Source: Octopus vulgaris
Taxonomy: Eukaryota
Assembly: GCA_951406725.2 (NCBI GenBank)
Contig: OX597843.1
Location: 310,001-374,000, forward strand
Direction: 5' to 3'
Length of the DNA stretch: 64,000 nucleotides
A model generated the notes under the pieces. It was given only the letters and a program-made list of their open reading frames with translations. It ran no database searches and was not told where the DNA came from. A program made the position numbers and the translations under genes. Below are positions 24,615 through 37,955 of this stretch, piece by piece. The stretch's first letter is position 1, and each line of letters starts with the position of its first letter.

Positions 24615-25177
24615 CTGGAAAATAGATATATATATAAATAAATAGTTTACGGTTCCATAACAGGAAGAATCTACATAAAAAGAACTATTCCATCCGGGGA
24701 GAGATAAATATTGTTTAATATACTGAAGGTCTACTGATAGTTTCATGCTTTAAGATACACTAAATTGGCTGTATGGTAAGAAGTTAAGTTAATTTTTTGG
24801 CTCAAAAAGCAAGGCCATGGAGTTATGTACAGGGGTGTTCTGGTCAAGAGAGACTTTGAAGCTTGGTTCCAGGGAGTGTAGAGAGGAGAAAGGTAGAATG
24901 GGTGTGCATGAGAGGGGGAGGGGAGAGAGTGTGTAAGAGAAGGGGAAGAGAGAGATGGAAAGGATAAACATGTTAGAGAGAAGATTTAGGGTTGGTGGGA
25001 GGTAGAGTGCAGAGAGGGGGAGGAGATTAATGAAAGATGGGGTAAAGATGTAACAGAATGACAATGAGAGAGAGATCGAGCTGGCAGAAACGTTAGCATG
25101 TCGGGTAAAATGCTTAGCGGTATTTCTGCCGTTACGTTCAGATTCCGCCGAGGTCGACTTTGCCTTTCGGGGTCGAT

Positions 25178-25745
25178 GTTAGTTAGTTAGCTAATTCTTT
25201 GGCTCAAAAGCAAAAAGCAAGGCCATGTAGGGGGACATAGAGTTAAGTACAGGGTGGTGTTCAGGCCACTTGAGGTCCAGGGAGGCTTTGAACAAAGCGG
25301 TCGTCGGCATCTTCACCATCTCGTCTGGCAGCTTGTTCCACGGATCCGCAACCCGGACGGAGAATGCTCCTCTCCTTCGATTGAGATGAAATCGTCGCAG
25401 GTAGAGCTTTTCGGAATGACTCCGGAGCAGGAGTGGAGAACAGCTCTTTCGAGAGGTTACACTTTCCGCTTATGATGTTGTGAGCGAGAATGAGATCACT
25501 GCGGCGGCGGCGTTTTTCTAGAGAACAAAGGTCGAGCGTCCTCAGCCTTTCTTCGTAGGACAAATTTTTGAGACCATGAACCATGCGGGTAGCCAGCTTC
25601 TGGACTCTTTCGAGGTGCTGTATGTCTTTGAGGAGATAAGGAGAAGAGGCTTGAATCCCATACTCCAATATGGGTCTCACCAGCATGACATAGAGTGGTA
25701 GGAATATGGCTGCTGTGAGCATTCTGAATGACCGTCGAATCAAAA
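25178..25745 (-). mobile_element. CR1-group LINE 3' fragment with (TAAC)n tail
   Basis: LYVMLVRPILEYG...SPYLLKDIQHLERVQKLATRMV...LSYEERL...LEKRRRRSDLI; the short 3' end recurs at 24783-24840. Confidence 0.9.
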
Positions 25746-25905
25746 ACAGATATGATCGACTTAATCCCTTTGTTTGTCCCCTTGTGGACAATAAAGAAAC
25801 AGATATGAGAGAAAAATTGTGGAAGATGAGGGAGTGAGAAAGAAAGCATTAAAGATGTGTGTGAAAAAAAAGCTAAAGAGTGACAAATGAAGGGAAGCAA
25901 CTTAC

Positions 25906-26068
25906 TTTCCTCCAAGAACAGCTACTCCTACAGTACTCCGTGGAGTTGACATGGGGGCAACATAACTCCACTGGCGCGCTTGAGGATCCCACCTTTCGAC
26001 TGTGTTTAAATACGACCAGCCATCATGTCCTCCGACTGCATACATTGGCCCTTCAAGAACCCCAACTC
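25906..26068 (-). CDS. KLHL5: KLHL1/4/5-family exon, kelch repeats
   Basis: ttgcag|GA GTT...GGA AA|gtaagt, 163 nt, phase 1->2; [55 protein letters not shown]. Confidence 0.97.
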
Positions 26069-27285
26069 CTGCAAGACAAAGGAACAGAAATTTAATACAC
26101 AATTAAACAAGGAATAACAACGTTAGATTTAAGAGTGATGGCTGTTGCTTTTGTTTAACCCCAGGTCAAATCTGATCCATTCCATCCCTCTAACATGTCT
26201 ATCCTTTCTATCTCCTCCCCTTTTCTTGTAGCTCTCTCATACACACATGCACACCATTCTCTTTTATATTATATTTATTATTCTTTTTGAGATCTAGTTA
26301 TATATTAAAAAAAAATTTCTATATATATATATATATATATAGGCGCAGGAGTGGCTGTGTGGTAAGTAGCTTGCTAACCAACCACATGGTTCCGGGTTCA
26401 GTCCCACTGTGTGTCTTCTGCTATAGCCCCTATATATATGTGTTTCTCTGTTTGTCCCCCTAGCATCGCTTGACAACCGATGCTGGTGTGTTTACGTCCC
26501 CGTCACTTAGCGGTTCGGTAAAATAGACCGATAGAATAAGTACTAGGCTTACAAAAGAATAAGTCCAGGGGTCGGGTTGCTCGACTAAAGGCGGTGCTCC
26601 AGCATGGCCGCAGTCAAATGACTGAAACAAGTAAAAAGAGTATATTATTTGCTATTTATGTATTGGTTTACGCCTATCACTGTTTGAGTTGCATAATAGT
26701 GGTTTTATCTTTAATTTATATATAGTAGTTGTGATACAGTGGTTGGCGTTAGGAAGGGCATCCAGCCGTAGAAACACTGCCAGATCAAGACTGGAGCCTG
26801 GTGCAGCCTCCTGGCTTCCCAGACCCCGGTCGAACTGTCCAACCCATGCTAGCATGGAAAATGGATGTTAAATGATGATTATATATATAGTCCTTGGTCT
26901 CTCCATTTGTTTGTTTCCAATGTATTCTCAAAAGGCTCAGCCGAATCAAATCAAATTTTACATGGTAATACTATCAGACCCCGCGAGTGTCAACATATAA
27001 CTTTTTTGGTCATTTGGATTAAAACGATCGATGCACTGGTTCAGTATTACATGTCTGCATTAGATACGTTATTAAACACATACACCTCGTTTACTCCACA
27101 AATGTTTTGTCGTCAATGCTGCACTTTCCCCGTATAACCTGCTTTGTACTCCACCTGCCTTCGTCTTTTGTTTGTTTTCGTAAAGCTTCCGTCATAAGAA
27201 ATCTGCCTCAACAAATTCTCTCTGATCCATGCCAGCATAGAAAAGTGGATATTTGATGATGATGATAGGAGTGAGTGATGCTTAC

Positions 27286-27510
27286 CTAAGCCATGTCGAT
27301 GTGTTGACATGGGAGGCATGGAACTCCAGGTTTTCCGTTTCGGGTCGTAACATTCGACAGTGTTCAGGGTCTTCAGACCGTCCCGGCCGCCGACCACGTA
27401 CAAGCGACCGTCAAGGACGGCGACGCCAAACTGGAGCCGTCGTCCGTTCATGTTAGCAACTTGGGTCCACGTGTTAGTGCGGAGGTCATATCTTTCAATC
27501 GTTGTGGCAC
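27286..27510 (-). CDS. KLHL5: KLHL1/4/5-family exon, kelch repeats
   Basis: tttcag|GT GCC...TTA G|gtaagc, 225 nt; [56 protein letters not shown]...MSTHRHGL. Confidence 0.97.
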
Positions 27511-28370
27511 CTGAAATGGACATGAGATGAGACATGGTGAAAGATGAAGGGAATAAAAAAAGGAAGGCATTCATTATCTATGTAATCCATATATAATTTG
27601 TATATGTATATATATAATAACAAAGGGTGAAATTAATTAGTTAAGAAATAATTAGTAATTTCACCAAGTAGAATTCGGCTTGAAAAAGACCGTTTCATGG
27701 TAAGCTTAAGTAATACTTTATAATTAGGGTTCAGCAATGATTAGCTTCACCACACACCGGAGTTTAGAAATAACAGTCAAAATCTTAGCTATTCCTTCTA
27801 CTTTAAAGGGGGTTCCCCTTAAAGTAGAAGGAATAGCTAAGATTTTTTGACTGCTATTTCTAAACTCCGGTGTGTGGTGAAGCTAATCATTGCTGAACCC
27901 TAATTATAAAGTATATATATATATATATAGTGATGTACGTGTGCATATACCTGTTTTGTGAGTGAGTATGTGTGTGTCTGTGTGCGTGCATGCATGTCTA
28001 TCTGTGTGTGTATGGTATATGAAGGCATGCAGCTTAGTGGTTAGTGTAACAGGATCACAAGTTCAATTCCTGGTGACATGTTGTGTCCTTGAGCAAGACA
28101 CTTTATTTCACATTGCTCCAGTCTGCCCAGGCGTCAAAAATGAGTAGTACCTGTATTTCAAAGGGCCAGCCGTGTCATGCTGAATCTCCCTGAGAACTAC
28201 GTTAAGGGTACACGTGTCTGTGGAGTACTCAGCCACGTAATTTCAAGAGCAGACTGTCCTGAACAGTACCAGTTAAATATAAGACACCACAACCCCTCGT
28301 TACCACTGTCACCATGACTATAACACCGCCACAACAGGGTTGCCACCCCTTTTGTCCCCCAAACACCAAC

Positions 28371-28560
28371 CTTTTGCATTATCCATTGCTCCGACAGCGT
28401 AAAGAACTCCGACTGTGGACTTGCGAGGTTTCGTTCGTTGACTCTGGAACGACGACCTCCTCTCAGGTAGCACGTGGTACATGAGCGCTTCCATTATGAG
28501 ATCCTGGCATTCCTTGTCATCCCAGAATATTGGGTCTGTCCGCACGTGGTCGGCTATGAA
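28371..28560 (-). CDS. KLHL5: KLHL1/4/5-family exon, BACK end / start of kelch 1
   Basis: ttgcag|TTC...AAA G|gttggt, 190 nt, phase 0->1; FIADHV...[40 protein letters not shown]. Confidence 0.95.
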
Positions 28561-30656
28561 CTGCAACGAAAACACAAAGGTTCAAATCTTGGTTGGGCAA
28601 CACCCAAAACAAAGAAAAATTGTTTACAGAGATTATACAGGTGAAGGAAATCAATCGATATCTATTCATTGATCAGTGTTGGGTTGTTTGATCTATTGAA
28701 CTATCAGTTCTATGAATCTGTAATACCATACTGTATGTTAGCCTGGGGCTTCTACTATGGCCCGGGGCCAACAAAAGCCAAGTGAGTAGAATTTGAAAGA
28801 AGACTGCTGTATTTTTGTTTGTGTGTGTACATACATATCTATTGATACACAAACACATCTATATATACACACACACATACCTGTACATATATATATGCAT
28901 ATATACATAGCAGAACTTCTATGTGTGTGTGTGTATATATACTAGACATAGGTTTCATAACCTACAAAATCCACACTGCTACACCTGAGACGTACCTGTT
29001 CTAACTCTTTATCTTGATTGAATGTTACGTTAAGGTATTTAGAATGCCCAAACCTATTTCTGCAAATGTGCTAAACAATGATACTGACCAAAGTTTAATC
29101 AATAAGCGTCGGAGGAAGTAAATGCAGTAAAAATAGGGGGCTCAGTGGGGCCCCATTTAAGTGACCCTTCAGAAATTGAACCTCCTTACGATACTCCCTG
29201 AGAGTTCATGGTATGAAATTTATTGTCATTGCTCCAGTTTGGTCGTCAATGTATTTAGTTTAAAGTGCAGTAGAAATGAGTGGGGCCCTTAAAAAATTAG
29301 ACTCCCTTAGGACATTCCCTGGGATTAAGGGAGTTGCTGGTTTAAGTATTGTTGTCCTTGCACTAACGGTCTAGAAGGAGTTAATGAACATAACTCAAAT
29401 TTATAATAGAATGCACAGACATATGTGAGGCAATGACGAAGGACCAAGACCTCTGGAGATATGCTGTGACTGTGAAGACCTGACAAATAACGTGAGTTCA
29501 TGGCTATTTCCTGCACCAGCTTCACATAGCAGCGCCAACCCATCCAAAGTACCTTGGATCTTAGGGCGACCTGCTGTGTTTGAGGAGACCTATTGAGTCA
29601 AGTACATCAGCATCAAATGGAAATTGTAGTTGTGATGCCTGTGGCATGTAAAAAGCACCCACTACACTCACGGAGTGGTTGGCATTAGGAAGGGCATCCA
29701 GCTGTAGAAAGACTGCCAGATCAGATTGGAGCCTGGTGTAGCCTGGCTTCCCAATCGAACTGTCCAACCCATGCTAGCATGGAAAACGGATGTTAAACGA
29801 TGATGATGATGATACAAGTGTATATATGGACCATGGTTATGAACCTTTCATGTAGCCTAGATACACTATGTCTGATTTAAAGACAGGATGGTCACAACCG
29901 GAACACCTTTGGACATAGATCTGTTTAATCTGATCTGGGGCTAAACAACCAAGAAAGATACTTTAAATAATGTAGTCCTAGATACACAATGCCTGAATAA
30001 AAGACAGGATGGTCATGACTGGAGTATCTCTGATCATAGAGTCTTCTGGATTCGGGCCGACTTAAGGTTAAACAACTACAAAGCACACATGATGAAAAGT
30101 ATGCCAACCATGACCTCCCTGTCATATTTAGACATTGTGTATTTCTTTACTCTTTTACTTGTTTCAATCATTTGACCATGGCCATGCTGGAGCACCACCT
30201 TTAGTTGAATCAAATTGACCCCGGGACTTATTCTTTGTAAGCCTAGTACTTATTCTATCGGTCTCTTTTGCCGAACTGCTAAGTGACGGGAACCTAAACA
30301 CACCACCATCGGTTGTCAAACGATGTGGGGGGACGACGTCAAAGAAAGACACACACACATATATATACGACGGGCTTCTTTCAGTTTCCGTCTACCAAAT
30401 CCACTCACAAGGCTTTGGTCGGCCCGAGGCTATAGTAGAAGACACTTGCCTAAGGTGCCACGCAGTGGGACTGAACCCGGAGCCACACAGCCACTCCTAT
30501 GCTTATACTAAGACTACATTATCAACAACGGATGAACACATTAGATAATGTAGTCCTAGATATACTATGTCCGTTGGACCAAGACTTATTTGGAGGGATG
30601 AAATGAGCAGTAAACAACAAAGACCCCCGAGCAGCCATAAACAAAATAGGGCTTAC

Positions 30657-30869
30657 CTGTGGTGCCATGAGGGGCAGTTTTATATGAGACAGTAATTTGG
30701 ACAAATGCCTCTTCCTGTTGGTGAGGTCGTGTTTCGCCCAGGCCTTCAGTGCCTGGAATATGGTCTCTTCACTCGGTACATTGAGGTCTTCACTGGACAG
30801 TAGCTTGCCCACATCGTCAGGGGCCAGCTTTAGAAATTCCTGGTTCTCCATGACTTCAACAAAGTTCTC
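30657..30869 (-). CDS. KLHL5: KLHL1/4/5-family exon, BACK domain
   Basis: cacag|GAG...CAG|gtaagc, 213 nt, phase 0->0; ENFVEVMENQEFLKLAPDDVGKLLSSEDLNVPSEETIFQALKAWAKHD...IKLPLMAPQ. Confidence 0.95.
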
Positions 30870-33800
30870 CTGTGAAAAGATTGAACGAACAGGAAATGAA
30901 AATATTTAACACGAGGCAAAGGTCAAGAGTTGTTGAATGATAGAGAGAAAGGAGAAGAGGAAGTGGAAGACGATAACAGAGTGTGATATAAATAAAGATG
31001 AGATATGAGCTGTTTGTGTCTGTGTGCCTGCGTGCATACAAATGTATATACATACATGGTGACCCAGAATTAACTATCTCAGAGAAGCCCCAACAATTCT
31101 TTTAAAAAAAAACACTTTTATTTTTGTTTATCGGGTTTCATGTGTGTTATAAGTGCATAATTTTTGTTTATACTCTTTATTTACTTGTTTCAGTCATTTG
31201 ACTGCGGCCATGCTGGAGCACCGCCTTTAGTCAAGCAAATCGACCCCGGGACTTATTCTTTTTTGTAAGCCCAGTACTTATTCTATCGGTCTCTTTTTGC
31301 CGAACCGCTAAGTAACGGGGACGTAAACACACCAGCATCGGTTGTCAAGTGATGTCGGGGAGGGGGGGACAAACACAGACACACATACATATATATATAT
31401 GACGGGCTTCTTTCAGTTTCCATCTACCAAATCCACTCACAAGGCTTTGGTCGGCCCAGGGCTATAGCAGAAGACACTTGCCCAAGATGCCACGCAGTGG
31501 GACTGAACCCGGAACCATGTGGTTGGTAAGCAAGCTACTTACCACACAGTCACTCCTGCGCCTATATATATATATATATATACACACCTTCAACCTATAT
31601 ATCCTCCATTTTGTTGCCCCTATATATATATATGGCACGTAAAAGCACCATCCATTCGTGGCCGTTTGCCAGCACCGTCTGGCACCTGTGCGGGTGGCAT
31701 GTAAAAAGCACCCACTACACTCACAGAGTGGTTGGCGTTAGGAAGGGCATCCAGCCGTAGAAACATTGCCAGATAAGACCGGAGCCTGGTGCAGCTTCCC
31801 AGACCCCAGTTGAACTGTCCAACCCATGCTAGCATGGAAAACGGACGTTAAATGATGATGATGATATAAATATATATACATAAGGTACATTCGTGAACCT
31901 TTGAAACTTTTTTTAGGAGAAGCACTTATAGCTTCCCTGGATTAGTATAAGGTTACTAGATGCCTCTACAATAAACTGACCTGCCAACTTTTGTTATTCC
32001 TCACGGTAGCAAAGCAATCTCCATAATCATACATTTTATGTTGCCTGCATCTATTTTAGATGTTTTCTATCTAAATTGTAATCTAAACCTGACTGCTTTT
32101 ATTATTAAGAATGATCCCAAGTGGCCTGCCATTAAAAGGGCTAAAATCCTATTACACTTGTTTGCAAATACTACACCTGCAAAGCAACACAATAAATATA
32201 CACACACACATAAATACATACATATATACATACATAAATACATATATATATACATACATATATATACATATATATACACACATATATATACATATATATA
32301 CACACATATATATATATATATATATATACATACATAAATGCATCTATGTATACATACATATGTGTGTGTATATATATATATATACATAAATACATCTAAT
32401 ATACATACATATATATATATATATATACACATACATAAATACATCTAAGTATATATATACATACATACATCTAATCTACATACATATATATATACACACA
32501 CACATACATAAATACATCTAAGTATACATAAATATATCTATGTATACATACATATATATACACATACATACACACACATATACATATGTATATGTAAGTA
32601 ATTTATTTATTATTAAATAAAATATAAATTATTTAGATGTTATTAAGTTACAAAACAATTTGTTATGAAATTAGAATTTTCTTAGAGTTAAATATAATTT
32701 AATTAAACTATTTCTCTCATTTGTGACTTTGTGTGTGTGTGTACATTATATATATATATATGTGTGTAGGCATGGCTGTGTGGTAAGAAGCTGCTTTCAC
32801 AACCACATCGTTCAAGGTTCAGTCCCACTGCGTAGCACCTCAGGCAAGTATTTTCTACTATAGCCTTGAGCCAACTGAAGCCTTGTGAGTGGGTTTAGTA
32901 GATGGAAACTGAAAGAAGCCTGCCGTGTGTGTGTGTGTCCTCCAGCACCACTTGACAGCCAGTGTTGGTTTGTTTACACCTGGTAACTTAGCGATTTGAC
33001 AATAGAGGCTGACAGAATAGGTAACAGGCTTAAAAAGAAAAGTTCTGGAGTCAGTTATTTGGTCTTTGTAGCCAAACGACTAAGTTACGGGGACATAAAC
33101 AAACCAACACCAGTTGTGAAGCAGTGCTGGGAGACAGACACTGGATGGGCTTCTTTCAGTTTTTGTTTCCCAAATCTACTCACATGCTTTGGTCTGCCCA
33201 GGGTTTTAGTAGAAGACACTTGCCCATGGTGCCACGCAGTGGGAGCGAACCCAGAGCCATGTGTTTGGGAAGCAAAAGCAAGCTTCTTAACCACACAGCA
33301 ACACCTGCTGAACAAGTGACTTCTACTATAGCTATACAGGCAGGCAAGGATGTATGTATGTGTGTATAGAGATATATAGAAGAGATAGATAAGATAGATG
33401 GATAGGGGGAGAGAGAGATGGATGGATGTGTGTATAGAGAGATATAGAAGAGATAGATGGAGAGAGAGAGACGGAAGATAGGGAGAGAGATGGAAGATAG
33501 ATATAGAAGACAGGCAGACACACAAGTAGATACCCTATGAAGGACAATCAATGTATGGTATAAGATTTGCAACAAAAGCACCATAAAACCAAGAAACTAA
33601 GAATAATTTAATAAGGTCAACCCTACAAGAATGAAGGACAACTTAGAATGATGAGAAGAAAAGATTCACAGATAACAAGTACCACAAACATAGCTCCATC
33701 ATCAGCTGCCAAACAGATATCATAATGTTTTTGACACACTAACACTGACAAGGCATTGCAGGCATGGACAATAAATTTTAGTGTTCTTTGTTTTCATTTT

Positions 33801-34799
33801 CATAGATACATAGGCATCACACAAGCTAATGGAAACTTTTGAGTTTATTACTAAATGGTAGTTGAGAGTCTGTTGGGTGGCGAGCTGGCAGAAACGTTAG
33901 CACGCCGGGCGAAATGCTTAGCGGTATTTCGTGTGCGTTACGTTGTGAGTTCAAATTCCGCCGAGATCGACTTTGCCTTTCATCCTTTTGGGGTCGATAA
34001 ATTAAGTACCAGTTACACACTGGGGTCAATGTAATCGACTTAATACCTATGTCTGTCCTTGTTTGTCCCCTCTGTGTTTAGCTCCTTGTGGGCAATAAAG
34101 AAATAGGTATCCGTGTGTGGGGGTAGTGATATTCATGATAGTGGGGACGATGTTGCTGCTGCTGATGATAGCGGTGGTGGAAGAAAGAAATAGGGAAAAG
34201 TTGGAAGGGGCAGGATGAGTTGACTGGTGTCAATACCACCACCACCCACCTGAGATAGTGAGAGGTGGGAAAGAGACAGGGGGTGGGGACAACAGGCTTA
34301 GTCAGGTTAAGCAGAACAGGGGATGAAATAGATACCAGAGAAGTAAAAAACGGAAGGAATAGCGGTGGCGATAGTAGTGGTGTCATCTCATTGACAGGCT
34401 GGGTTCTAGTGAGTGTGCAGGGTAGGGAGAGAGTTGTGTGTATGTGGTGGGGATAATTCCATAATTATTTAATTAAATTAATTTGCCAGAATTACGAGAG
34501 GACAATAATTTGAAACGTCAAAAGTGGTGGTGGGTTGGAGAAAAAAAGGAAGAGTGGGTGGGGGTGGAGATGACAAAGTAGGAAAGGAAGAAAAAAGGGA
34601 GAGTTGGTGGGGCGAGTAAAGAAGGGGGTGACGGCAGTGCTTGGATTGAAGGAGTTAAAGGGAAAAATGAAAGCGAAAATGAAACTCCTCCAGCATGGCC
34701 ACAGTCCAATGAGTAAAAGAAAAGGAGAATATAAGCAGAGGGTGTGGCTAAGAAGTTTTCTTCCTTACCACAAGGTTCCACCATCACAACTACCCTGTC

Positions 34800-36715
34800 C
34801 CTCTAATATGCCCACCACCCACAAATACTATACCAACAACACCAATAATTACTACTATCTCTCATCTCTTCACCACCACTACCACCAGCGCCCAAACTGC
34901 AATCACCACCCGAACCACATTGCCAACAACAACAACAATCGCTATTAAAACCACTCCCTCCATGGCAACCACTACTGATTCTCATCTCACTACTGCACAA
35001 ACTGCAACCACATTGCCACAACCACCGTAAACATCACTACCGATTCTCACCTGTACTACCACACAAACCACAACCACTGTACCAGCAATAACCACTACCT
35101 CCATGGCAACCACTACCGATTTTCACCTCACCACCAGTACTACTGCACAAACTGCAACCACATTGCCACTACCACCTCCGCCACAACAACCACCGTAAAC
35201 TCCACTACCGATTCTCACCTCTTCATCACCTGTACTACCACACAAACCACCATACCAGCAATCAACACCACTAAACACTATAACTGCATCACCGCTACCA
35301 CAACAACAATAACAGCGATCACTACCATTATTACTACCCCAGAAACCACAACAGCCATCACCACCACCACTACACCAACAATCACCTTTCTTACCACCAC
35401 CACCACCACTGGTATTGGCATGCCAATAACTATAATCACCACCACTACCATTGGCTTAACCATCACCACCACTGGTATTGGCACACCAATATCTATAATC
35501 ACCACTACCACAACCACCACCGCCATTAGCTGTGATCACCACTAACACCACCACCGCCATCACACAACAATGTCTATTGTGAATCCACATGAAGAATCAG
35601 ACAACATTCCACAGTGATGAGTCAGACAAACAGACAGACATATACTACAGCAGCAGCAACAACAACAACAGTATTGTCTTGTCTCTCTCTCCCCTGGTAT
35701 CACACTCCACCACCACCGCTGCTGCCGCTACCATCGCCACCACCCTTGTCACGACATCACACATACAAAAACCTACAAGTACACACCTACAAACACACAC
35801 ACACAGGCTTACACACACAAATGCATCTACAGACACACACACACACATCCATGCACATACAAACATCCACACACAAGCAAGCACATCTACACACATCCAT
35901 AAACACACACACACAGATTCAAATACACACCTATTGATATATATATATGTGTGTGTGTGTGTATATATATGTGTGTGTGTATATATATGTGTGTGTGTAT
36001 ATATATGTGTGTGTGTATATATATGTGTGTGTGTATATATATATGTGTGTGTGTATATATATATGTGTGTGTGTATATATATATGTGTGTGTGTATATAT
36101 ATATATAGAGAGAGAGAGACTCAAAGACATCCACACACACAGAAATACAACAGTATTGTCCATCACCACGTCTCAATGTCACACACACACACAGAGGCTT
36201 AAAACATCCACACACACACACGCATGCATGTTCAAACACATCCACACACACACTGACCCACATTGTCTCTCGCATGTCTTACACCCCACCCACCACCATC
36301 ATCCCCCCCCCGTCTCAATATCTCACACATGCACAACCTACAAAGTACTAAACACGCCTATAAAAACACACACGCACACACACATTTGTCTCCGGGGGGG
36401 GGGGGGTTCCTTTCCCCCCTGTTTTGCATGTTACAATCACTTACAACCACCACCACCACCTCCACCGCTATCCCAGCCATCTCAACATCACACCACACAC
36501 ACACAATCACCTGCAAATGCACACAGCTACAGACGCACTCATATCAAACACATAGTAAAACATACAACATTTGTCTAACACCTTCTCGCCCTCTCTCTCA
36601 CCCACAACCACAATAAGCCTACGCCCCCCCCCCATCTCAATATCACACCCACTCCACAACCACTATAATAACATCCCCCCCCCCCTGTCACAACATCGTG
36701 CACACACATCAATTG

Positions 36716-36754
<39 letters not shown>

Positions 36755-37045
36755 GACTCATCAAAGACGCACACATACAGTATTCTGTCTTCTTTCTCTC
36801 CCACTCCACATCTCAATGTCACACACACATCCACACAACCTACAGACGCTTATAGACACACACACACAAACCTACTGACTGTCAACACACCTAGGAACAT
36901 GCACACCTATGGACAAGCACACACACACACAAACCTACTGACTGTCAACACACCTAGGAACATGCACACACACACACACACAAACCTACACAGTCAACAC
37001 ACCTAGGGACATGCATGCACAAACACACACACACACACACAGCCA
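34800..37045. repeat. Low-complexity (ACC)n, (CA)n and (TATG) tracts
   Basis: Direct inspection. Confidence 0.85.
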
Positions 37046-37676
37046 TGGTTGCAGGAAATCCTAGAAACGACAGTCGAATCTTCTGAAAATCACACCCTAC
37101 CATCTTCAGCATGGAGGAACACACTGGATAAGGTAATCCTAGATATACTATGCATGAATAACAGGCAGGATGTTCACAACTAGATTGTCTGATTAATCCT
37201 AGGTCCACTGAATCAGGACAGACCAGGGGCTAAAAATAAATGCTACCAACAAAGAATGACACATTAGTCCTAGATACACTATGTATGAATAAAAGACAGG
37301 ATGGTCACATTTGGAAAGCTTTTGATGATAGGGACCAGGAAGGAGACTTTAAATAATGTAGTCCTAGATAATCTGTCTGTGTGAAAGAATGATCACAGAA
37401 CATGTTTGATCATAGGTCTTCTGGATCAAGATTGACCTGGGGTTAAATAACATAGGACACATTAGATAATATAGTCCTAGATGCACTATGTCTGAATAAA
37501 AAACAGGATGGTCATGGATGTAGCACTTTTGGTCATAGGTCCACTGGATCAGAACTAGCTTGGGGTTAAGGAAACATTAGATAACAGAAGTGGCTGTGTG
37601 GTAAGTAGCTTGCTTACCAATCACATGGTTCCAGGTTCAGTCCCACTGCATGGCGGGCAAGTGTCTTCTACTATAT

Positions 37677-37955
37677 AACCTTCATCAGGTGTCTTGGGGA
37701 AATTTCGAACCTGGGTTCTCATTCCTAAGGTATTTTTCAATGTTGTTGTTATTATTATTATTATTCAGGTCACAGCCTGAAATCGAACTCGAAATCTTGG
37801 GGTTAGTAGCCTGCGCTCTTAACCACTATGCCATATGAAGGCTGAAGAGTATATCAGCCGAAACGTTGTGTTAACAACAAACAAGATGAGGAGAAATATC
37901 CATCAATTGTAAACAATGTAGATAATTCCTCATCTCTTAAATATAGAACTGTATT
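37677..37955. mobile_element. tRNA-headed, hammerhead-bearing element with 5' inversion
   Basis: Minus 37836-37679: A box tggcatagtgg, B box gagttcgattt, ...cacCTGATGAagg. Plus 37835 onward: atgaaGGCTG...CAGCC GAAACGTTgtg. Confidence 0.55.
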
